NCBI GenBank assembly: GCA_963661495.1
Contig: CAVLCA010000012.1
Location: 4,450 to 68,449, forward strand
Length of the DNA stretch: 64,000 nucleotides
Source: a bacterium
GTDB lineage: Bacteria; Bacillota; Clostridia; Oscillospirales; Acutalibacteraceae
Direction: 5' to 3'
In this document: piece after piece, positions 28,049 through 35,151 of the stretch
Position numbering within the stretch: the stretch's first letter is position 1
Layout: every line of letters starts with the position of its first letter
Program-made: the position numbers and the translations under genes
The notes under the pieces: generated by a model
Databases searched by the model: none
What the model saw: only the letters and a program-made list of their open reading frames with translations
Told to the model about the DNA's origin: nothing

Positions 28049-28855
28049 CTATTTTTTTATTGAATGCAAAACTTTATAAACCGATTTTGGCAATAATCCA
28101 ACCATTATTGGTCTTAAAGCATATATATAATTCACAGGTGATAAGTTAAGCAATTTAACTGCCTGTACCGTCAGCCTCGCTTCATTAATTCTGTATTTGA
28201 ATTTTCTTCGTGAAAAAGCATTTCTGTCATCTCTCATTTTATAAAGAGGATCTTGAAGATTGTATCCTTTATACCCTTTTGCATACATTCTTATCCATAA
28301 ATCCCAATCCTCAACACGAAGTTTTTTAGGATTAACCTCATATCCGTTTACAGCTTCATATGCTTCTCTCCTCACCATACACGGAGCATGACAAAAAGGA
28401 GTTCCTTTTGCAAGAGTTGAAACTTTCGGTTCCCCATTGCCCTGACAAGCCCTAAAATCACCATTCTCATCAAAATATATCATCGGTGTACTAACTATCG
28501 CATATTCCGGATGCTCGTCCAAAAAAGATACCTCTTTTTCAAATCTTAATGGAAGTGATATATCATCCCCGTCCATTCGTGCTATATAAGCACCTTTTGA
28601 ATATTTAAGACAATGATTCAAAGTATAATTAAGTCCCATATTCTTCTCATTTTCAATCAGAACAATTCTATTTGGATACTCATCCTTATACTGCTTTGCG
28701 ATTTCAAAAGTGTTATCCGTTGAGCCGTCATTACACATTATAATTTCAAAATTTTTATATGTTTGTGCCAACAATGAATCAAGGCTTTCTGCCAAAGTAT
28801 CAGCACAATTATATATACCCATAATTACAGAAACTAATGGTTGAGAATTTAACAT
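28049..28855 (-). CDS. Family-2 glycosyltransferase
   Basis: VSVIMGIYNCADTLAESLDSLLAQTY..FEIIMCNDGSTDNT...DGDD. Confidence 0.9.
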   Translation of the reverse strand: MLNSQPLVSVIMGIYNCADTLAESLDSLLAQTYKNFEIIMCNDGSTDNTFEIAKQYKDEYPNRIVLIENEKNMGLNYTLNHCLKYSKGAYIARMDGDDISLPLRFEKEVSFLDEHPEYAIVSTPMIYFDENGDFRACQGNGEPKVSTLAKGTPFCHAPCMVRREAYEAVNGYEVNPKKLRVEDWDLWIRMYAKGYKGYNLQDPLYKMRDDRNAFSRRKFKYRINEARLTVQAVKLLNLSPVNYIYALRPIMVGLLPKSVYKVLHSIKK

Positions 28856-28857
28856 TA

Positions 28858-29994
28858 TTATTCTCCTAATAATTTTTTTCTATCCTCTAAAATATAGTTA
28901 AACAATTGTTTTTGCTCAAAATTATTTACTACGAAATCGTGAGCCTTTTCTGCCATAGCAAAATATCGCACTTTATCTTCACGAATACTTATCATCGCAT
29001 TATATAAACTTTCAACATCCGCTTTTTGAACAACAATTCCTGTTTCGTTATCTATCATTGCATCTGTTGGGCCCGGAATATCAGTTACAATTACAGGAAC
29101 ACCCATTGCCTCTGCTTCAACAACACCCATTCCAAAGCCTTCACGATAACTTGGAAGAATGTAGCAATCCATAACAGATAAATATTGCTCAACAACTGTT
29201 GTATAGCCTGTAAATTTAATTTTTTCATTTTTTGATGCCCAAGTATAAAGATCTTGGTTAATTGTTTCATCGACCTCACTTGGACCAACAATAATTAAAT
29301 AGCTGTCATCATTTATCATCTTATAGGCCTCTAACAATTCATTAACACCCTTATCCCTTGTGATTCTACCAACAAATCCATAAACAAAGGCATCCTCTGG
29401 AACATCGAGCTGTTCTCTGATATCTTTTCTGTATTCCTCTTTACTGGAAATATCAAACTTAGTTAAATTTACACCACAAGCACTACCATTCCAAATAACA
29501 GAACCTTTGCTTTTAGGATACAATCCGATCTCATGCGCAAATCTTAAATTGCTGTTGCTATCCGGCTCAATATGAGTTGAAAGATAACAAACATATTTTT
29601 CTTCCATTTGAAAGATTTTACACTTTAAGCCTTGGAAGCCAACGAAAGCCATTCCCCATTGGCAATACAATCTAACTGGGATATTCGCAAGCTTACCAGC
29701 AATAGAAGCATAAAGGGAAGCGTTTGGAGTTGAATACTGAATTAAATCAAACTTTTCTCTTTTAAAAATTTTCTTAATTTCAAACATCGCCTTAACGCCT
29801 GCAATACTGATACCTCTTTCCATTTTTACCGGAAAATAATGAATATACTTTGGAAGTGATGAACCAAAATCATTTTCATCACTACAAATAAAACTAATGT
29901 CCCAATCTGTGTTTTCATGAAGATATTTTGCTGTATTTAAAACAAAGGTGTTTAATGTCAAAGGAATTGTAGTTATGAAGCAAATCTTTTTCAC
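28858..29994 (-). CDS. Family-4 (group 1) glycosyltransferase
   Basis: 378 aa; YILPSYREGFGMGVVEAEAMGVPVIVTD. Confidence 0.85.
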   Translation of the reverse strand: MKKICFITTIPLTLNTFVLNTAKYLHENTDWDISFICSDENDFGSSLPKYIHYFPVKMERGISIAGVKAMFEIKKIFKREKFDLIQYSTPNASLYASIAGKLANIPVRLYCQWGMAFVGFQGLKCKIFQMEEKYVCYLSTHIEPDSNSNLRFAHEIGLYPKSKGSVIWNGSACGVNLTKFDISSKEEYRKDIREQLDVPEDAFVYGFVGRITRDKGVNELLEAYKMINDDSYLIIVGPSEVDETINQDLYTWASKNEKIKFTGYTTVVEQYLSVMDCYILPSYREGFGMGVVEAEAMGVPVIVTDIPGPTDAMIDNETGIVVQKADVESLYNAMISIREDKVRYFAMAEKAHDFVVNNFEQKQLFNYILEDRKKLLGE

Positions 29995-30602
29995 TTGATT
30001 CTCCTTACAGGTACGCCTGCATATGTACCGCTTTCAGTTATATCTTTCACTATCACCGAACCGACCCCAAACACACAATCCGATGCAATGTTCAGTACCT
30101 GTTTTGTGCAAGAACCTGCTCCGATATGTGTTGATTTGCCAACTTTAACAGTTCCGGCAAGAACACAATTCGGTGACAGATGAACAAAATCATCCAAAAC
30201 ATTATCGTGTTCAACTATCGCCCCGGTATTGATAATACAATGCTTGCCGATTTTTGCACACGGATTAACAACCGCATTAGCCATAACAACCGTTCCTTCG
30301 CCGATTTCAACGCCCAAAGATGAAACTACGGCATTCGGATGAATCGCTGTGTACCACTTAACAGGCAAATCAGAAATTTTTTCTCGTATATACGGATTTC
30401 CAACTGCAATCACAAACTCGCAATCTAAAAAATTCTTATAATCGGCTGTTACGCCTAAAACCGGAATCTCGGCAACACTTTTCCCTTGCAAATCCGCCTC
30501 ATCGTCTAAAAAGCCCTTTACCTTGTCACCTGACGATAAAACAACATCGGCAATAACTTTTCCGTGGCCACCTGCACCGATTACGATAACATTTTTAGGC
30601 AT
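29991..30602 (-). CDS. Hexapeptide-repeat sugar N-acetyltransferase (NeuD/PglD/EpsM-like)
   Basis: MPKNVIVIGAGGHGKVIADV... followed by left-handed beta-helix repeats. The ORF-track start at 30674 is GTG inside the upstream gene; ATG at 30602 gives an 8-nt overlap with its stop. Confidence 0.85.
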   Translation of the reverse strand: MPKNVIVIGAGGHGKVIADVVLSSGDKVKGFLDDEADLQGKSVAEIPVLGVTADYKNFLDCEFVIAVGNPYIREKISDLPVKWYTAIHPNAVVSSLGVEIGEGTVVMANAVVNPCAKIGKHCIINTGAIVEHDNVLDDFVHLSPNCVLAGTVKVGKSTHIGAGSCTKQVLNIASDCVFGVGSVIVKDITESGTYAGVPVRRIK

Positions 30603-31221
30603 TTGCTGTTTCTCCGTTTTCATTTCCCATAAATTCTTCCATAGTCGCACTTGTTTCGGAGCTGATACCGTCACGCTTCAAAACATTGGCAACCGTCATA
30701 AACAAAACTTTTATATCCATCAAAAGTGAATAGTTATCAACATATTCAACATCAAAATCAAACTTTTCTTCCCAGCTTATTGCATTTCTGCCGTTAACCT
30801 GAGCCCAACCCGACAAACCGGGCTTAACCTCGTGACGGCGGTGCTGGTGTTCATTATATCTCGGCAAATATTGAACAAGAAGTGGTCTCGGGCCGATAAC
30901 CGACATATCGCCCTTTAAAATATTAAACAATTCCGGCAACTCGTCAATGCTTGTCGAACGCAAAAACTTACCGAATTTTGTGAGTCTTACCTCATCGGGA
31001 AGCAACTCACCGTTTTCGTCCCTTTCATCGGTCATTGTGCGGAACTTCATCAATGTAAATATTTTTTCGTTCTTGCCCGGTCTTTCCTGCTTGAACAAAA
31101 CAGGACTGCCGAGTTTTGTTTTAACCAAAACGGAAGTTACCGCAAGAAGCGGCGACAAAATAATTATTGCAAGAAGCGATGAAATTACATCAAGAATTCG
31201 TTTTACATACTTATAAATCAT
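30595..31221 (-). CDS. Small (PglC/EpsL-type) undecaprenyl-phosphate sugar-phosphate transferase
   Basis: KRILDVISSLLAIIILSPLL...LFKQERPGKNEKIFTLMKFRTM...DELPELFNILKGDMSVIGPRP. ATG at 31221 follows a GGGTGGA RBS; the ORF-track start at 31233 is TTG. Confidence 0.9.
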   Translation of the reverse strand: MIYKYVKRILDVISSLLAIIILSPLLAVTSVLVKTKLGSPVLFKQERPGKNEKIFTLMKFRTMTDERDENGELLPDEVRLTKFGKFLRSTSIDELPELFNILKGDMSVIGPRPLLVQYLPRYNEHQHRRHEVKPGLSGWAQVNGRNAISWEEKFDFDVEYVDNYSLLMDIKVLFMTVANVLKRDGISSETSATMEEFMGNENGETANA

Positions 31222-31233
31222 AATTCCACCCAA

Positions 31234-32454
31234 TTAATCAAAACAATGCTTAACCGCCTCAATAATTCTGTTCTGCTGTTCGGCGGTCATCTTATTATCG
31301 CTCGGCAGACAAAGTCCCCGGTTGAAAATATCCATTCCCACATCGTTCGCTTCGCCTGCAATATAAGCATTTGTTCTTGCCCTGCCGTTGCCGCTTTTTG
31401 TCACAAAACCGTTCATTCTGTAAATCGGTTGCATATGCATAGGTTTCCAAATCGGTCTGCCCTCTGCATTGATTTTTGCAAGTTCGTCCAAAATTTCCTG
31501 CGGACAGGTTTTGCCGCTTTCGCTGTTATAGCAATAATCCGTCTCGCCTCTTACCTGCTTACACATTGCATTTTCGTCAATAATAAGGCAAGAAAGCCAA
31601 AAATTAGGCTCGCTGTTTTTTTCGTCATACGGATTCATTTTTATCGGCAAATCCTTAAATGCCTCTTTGTATCGCATATAAATTGCCTTTTTCTGTGCAA
31701 TATGCTCTGTCAAATATGGAATTTGACCCCGAACCACACCTGCAATTACATTGCTCATTCTGTAATTGTAACCGAGTTCCTCGTGCTGATACCACGGTGC
31801 ATTTTCTCTTGACTGTGTTGACCACTTACGCACCTTGTCAGCCGCTTCTTTATCATCCGTCAAAAGCATTCCGCCGCTTGAGCCGGTTATAATTTTATTT
31901 CCGTTAAAACTAATGCAATTATATTTTCCGAATGTGCCCGTTTGCACTCCCTTGTATGTAGCACCGAGTGATTCAGCCGCATCCTCAATAATAACCGCAT
32001 TGTGCTTTTCGCAAATTGCTTTAAGCTCGTCAACCTTACCCGGCGTGCCGTAAAGATGTGCAACTACCGCAACTTTAACTTCCGGATAAATTTCAAACGC
32101 CTTTTCAAGGGCAATCGGATCCATATTCCAAGTGTCGTACTCCGTATCGATAAACACAGGCACGCCGCCCTCATAAACAACCGGATTAACCGTTGCGTCA
32201 AATGTCATATCCGAGCAAAACACCCTGTCACCGTGCCCAACTCCCGCAAGTTTTACGGCAAGATGAAGTGCCGCCGTACCGGACGACAACGCAACCGCAT
32301 ATTTGCAACCGACCTTTTCGCAAGTCTCTTTTTCAACCTCGTTGATATTAGCACCAACAGTTGACATCCAATTTGTTTCAAAGGCTTCGGTCATATATTT
32401 AAGTTCATCACCGTGCATAGTTGGCGATGAAAGCCAAATTTTTTCATCAGCCAT
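31234..32454 (-). CDS. DegT/DnrJ/EryC1-family sugar aminotransferase (PglE/EpsN-like)
   Basis: ...LSSGTAALHLA...EDAAESLG...SFNGNKIIT (PLP lysine). ATG at 32454 follows a GGAGGA RBS; the ORF-track start at 32484 is TTG. Confidence 0.9.
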   Translation of the reverse strand: MADEKIWLSSPTMHGDELKYMTEAFETNWMSTVGANINEVEKETCEKVGCKYAVALSSGTAALHLAVKLAGVGHGDRVFCSDMTFDATVNPVVYEGGVPVFIDTEYDTWNMDPIALEKAFEIYPEVKVAVVAHLYGTPGKVDELKAICEKHNAVIIEDAAESLGATYKGVQTGTFGKYNCISFNGNKIITGSSGGMLLTDDKEAADKVRKWSTQSRENAPWYQHEELGYNYRMSNVIAGVVRGQIPYLTEHIAQKKAIYMRYKEAFKDLPIKMNPYDEKNSEPNFWLSCLIIDENAMCKQVRGETDYCYNSESGKTCPQEILDELAKINAEGRPIWKPMHMQPIYRMNGFVTKSGNGRARTNAYIAGEANDVGMDIFNRGLCLPSDNKMTAEQQNRIIEAVKHCFD

Positions 32455-32530
32455 AACTGTCCTCCAAATGTGTAAACTGCACAAACAAAATGATTTTATT
32501 TGTACATTCTCAATATATTCCTCAAAGTAA

Positions 32531-32559
32531 ATTATACACTATACAGCATAAAATTACAA
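32531..32559 (-). promoter_or_regulatory. Sigma-A type promoter of the polysaccharide locus
   Basis: Minus strand reads TTGTAA (32559-32554), a 17-nt spacer, then TATAAT (32536-32531). It lies just downstream of the spoVAD terminator. Confidence 0.6.
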
Positions 32560-32580
32560 TATGGTTTATTAATATTTTAT

Positions 32581-32618
32581 AAAAAAGCAACCACAAGCTA
32601 AAAAATCGCCGTGATTGC
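32581..32618 (-). terminator. Rho-independent terminator after spoVAD
   Basis: Minus strand reads GCAATCAC-(16 nt)-GTGGTTGC followed by TTTTTT. The stem has 7 of 8 bases paired. Confidence 0.6.
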
Positions 32619-32623
32619 AAAAC

Positions 32624-33649
32624 TTATTTTTCAAGCAAAACTGCGTGAGCTATTCCCGGAATTGTTTGTCCCTGTTTTGACGAAGTCGGGGACATCAACG
32701 CACCTGTCGCAACAAACAAAACCTTTTTGAGTTTGCCGTTTTTGAAATTTTTCATAATGTGTGAGCACAGTACGCTTGCCGAACAACCGCAACCCGAGCC
32801 GCCGGAATTAACATCTTGTTCCGCCAAATCAAAAATCATTGTTCCGCAATCTTTGTGCCGGCTTTTGATGTCAATGTTGCTGTCTTTTTTGATAAGTTCA
32901 TACAGTAAATTTGACCCGGTAAAGCCCAAATCTCCCGTTAAAATCATATCGTAGCCGTCGGGCTTAGTCTGAGTATCGTTCAAAAAATCGGCTATGGTTT
33001 TCGCCGCCGCAGGAGCCATTGCCGCACCCATATTGTTTGCGTCTTTTATACCCAAATCCGTAATCGTGCCGATGTGAACCGCCGTGATTTTTACCGCATT
33101 TTGCAGTTCATCGCTTGCAACATTATCCGGATTTTTAACAATAGCACAACCGGCACCTGTAACGGTTCTCTGCGATGTCGGCGGCCGCTGTCCGCCGTAT
33201 TCAAGCGGAAAACGAAATTGCCTTTCGCTTGACGCAAAATGACTTGAAGCTCCGGCAACGCAAATATTCGCCCCTGCCGAAACAATCATAGCCGAGTTGC
33301 ACAGAGTGAGTGCCATTGTGGAGCAGGCTCCGTACATTCCGATGAACGGCATACCCAAATCTTTGAGTGCAAAGCACGAACCGGTGCACTGGTCGAGCAA
33401 ATCGCCCGCCATTACAAAATCAACTTCACTCGACGACACCTCGGCATTTGAAAGTGCCCTGATAATTGCATCGTGAAGCATCGCACTCTCGGCAAGCTCA
33501 AAGCTTTCCTGCCCCATCGTCGTGTCTTCAAATATCATATCAAAATCACTTTTGAGCGGACCTTCGCCCTCTTTCTTGCCCGCTACTCCGGCGGAGCCGA
33601 TAATCAACGGCGGCGACTCAAAAATATATGTTTTCCCGATTTTTTTCAT
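32624..33649 (-). CDS. spoVAD: Stage V sporulation protein AD (thiolase-fold)
   Basis: 341 aa; N-terminus MKKIGKTYIFESPPLIIGSAGVAGKKEGEGPL.. and overall length match SpoVAD as I recall it. Confidence 0.85.
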   Translation of the reverse strand: MKKIGKTYIFESPPLIIGSAGVAGKKEGEGPLKSDFDMIFEDTTMGQESFELAESAMLHDAIIRALSNAEVSSSEVDFVMAGDLLDQCTGSCFALKDLGMPFIGMYGACSTMALTLCNSAMIVSAGANICVAGASSHFASSERQFRFPLEYGGQRPPTSQRTVTGAGCAIVKNPDNVASDELQNAVKITAVHIGTITDLGIKDANNMGAAMAPAAAKTIADFLNDTQTKPDGYDMILTGDLGFTGSNLLYELIKKDSNIDIKSRHKDCGTMIFDLAEQDVNSGGSGCGCSASVLCSHIMKNFKNGKLKKVLFVATGALMSPTSSKQGQTIPGIAHAVLLEK

Positions 33650-34103
33650 AAAAACACCTCGGTATTAGTTTTACCGAGGATTTTGATTATATTTATTCTA
33701 AATGCATAAGTGAATTATTTTCACATACCGTCTTTGAATAGGTTTTAAAGTGGATAGTGAAAATTATTCACTATCCATTTGCAAAGCATCCATAAACATA
33801 TTCTCGTGAATTTTCTTCATATTCAAAATAACATATAATATAAATAAATCAAACTGTTTTGCTTTGCATTATTTTGAATATATTTGCCTCTTCATATCCG
33901 AATACATCAACTTCTACAACAATTACCGTATTCAAACTAAAACAAAACTGACTCCGCTCGAAAAACGAAATCAGTTTGTTACTTAAATTAGTTTTCTACT
34001 TTAGGTAGTCTTTTTTGTACTGTCTGCACAATCTGGGGCGGTTCAATAACTATTATCCGCAAGTTTATTCTATACTTAAATTTGAACCGAATAAATAAAA
34101 GCT

Positions 34104-34144
34104 AAAACCGTGGGCACCTCATAAATTGAGATACCCACGGTTTT
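34104..34144 (-). terminator. Rho-independent terminator after the DivIVA-domain gene
   Basis: AAAACCGTGGG / CCCACGGTTTT form an 11-bp stem with a 19-nt loop. T-rich tract follows on the minus strand. Confidence 0.75.
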
Positions 34145-34165
34145 AGTTTAATCTGTCATTATCAA

Positions 34166-35023
34166 TTATTGCTCATTATTATTTTGAACTCTTTTGAGCA
34201 TATCGCGGAGAAGAGCATTTCTGTCTGCCGGCGGTGTTGAATTTTGTACAGGAGCGGTTGAAACAGGTTCTTCTTTAATCTGCTGTGCAATCGGCTGAGC
34301 CGGTGTCGGTGCCGGTTGACTGTCAATCGGAGCCTCGGCCTTCTTTTCCTCAACAACCGCCGTTTCGGCAGGTGTGGAAGCCAAAACCGGTTCGGCAACT
34401 TTTTCTGTAGTCTTAACAGTTTGAGATTTTTCATTTGTTGAAAACGAATCGAAAAACTCTTTATATTCTTCAGCAACGGCATTTGCCTTGTTTGCATTTT
34501 CGGTTTTGATATTTTGAATATCGTCCATTGATTCGGCAACGAGTATTGCTTTTTTAATCATAGCGTCTGTGTTGGCAGACACAGCGTTAATTTCTTTTGT
34601 AAGATTTGCAAGAAGTGCCTTAACATCAGTATTAATAAGATTGTATGCACTGATCGCCTTTTGTGCCTCTGCCTTTGCCTGTGCCGAAACGCTTTCGATT
34701 TTTTGCAAAAATTCCTGTGAACCGGCCTTTGCGTCATCGGTAATTTTAGCTCCGCTTTCATACGCCGAATAAAAAATCTGACCGATACTTGAAATATAGT
34801 CGCTATTCGATTCTTCGCTTTCTTCAAGCTTTTTTTCCAATTCCGCAACACGGTTTTTAAGCTTTGCAGCTTCGTTTTGATACTTATCAACCTTGAGTGC
34901 GTTATGCTCTGCAAGGTCAAGTGCCTTTTTCAATGTTTCGTTTTCACTTTCAAGCTTTGCTAAGTATTCGTCAACCGACTTTTTATTATATCCGCCCATA
35001 AAAGACGACTTAAATTCTGCCAT
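34166..35023 (-). CDS. DivIVA-domain coiled-coil protein
   Basis: N-terminus FKSSFMGGYNKKSVDEYL followed by heptad-rich sequence; Pro/Ala-rich C-terminus. Confidence 0.7.
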   Translation of the reverse strand: MAEFKSSFMGGYNKKSVDEYLAKLESENETLKKALDLAEHNALKVDKYQNEAAKLKNRVAELEKKLEESEESNSDYISSIGQIFYSAYESGAKITDDAKAGSQEFLQKIESVSAQAKAEAQKAISAYNLINTDVKALLANLTKEINAVSANTDAMIKKAILVAESMDDIQNIKTENANKANAVAEEYKEFFDSFSTNEKSQTVKTTEKVAEPVLASTPAETAVVEEKKAEAPIDSQPAPTPAQPIAQQIKEEPVSTAPVQNSTPPADRNALLRDMLKRVQNNNEQ

Positions 35024-35054
35024 TGGTATCTCTCCTTTAATTTATAACTATATT

Positions 35055-35083
35055 ATTATATCACAAAGAATCAACAATTACAA
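35055..35083 (-). promoter_or_regulatory. Sigma-A type promoter (extended -10) for the DivIVA-domain gene
   Basis: Minus strand reads TTGTAA (35083-35078), a 17-nt spacer ending in TGA, then TATAAT (35060-35055). Confidence 0.5.
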
Positions 35084-35151
35084 TGCGGCAGATAAAGTGC
35101 CGATGCCGACTGTGACATCTATATATAGTTTACAGTTGGTTTGTCACAAAA

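Noticed and set aside
11898-32484. N-terminal extensions given by the ORF track (13235, 30674, 31233, 32484, 15909, 16805, 48156).
   Set aside because: These upstream 'M' codons are TTG or GTG, or in one case an ATG inside a promoter. They lack an RBS and overlap the preceding gene. Internal ATG/TTG codons with good Shine-Dalgarno spacing give canonical N-termini.
34039-34089. CGGTTCAA/TTGAACCG inverted repeat resembling the GGGGTTCAA repeats at 59.3 kb.
   Set aside because: Only 7-8 nt are shared in an AT-rich genome, so this is most likely coincidence. A link would need a genome-wide motif count.
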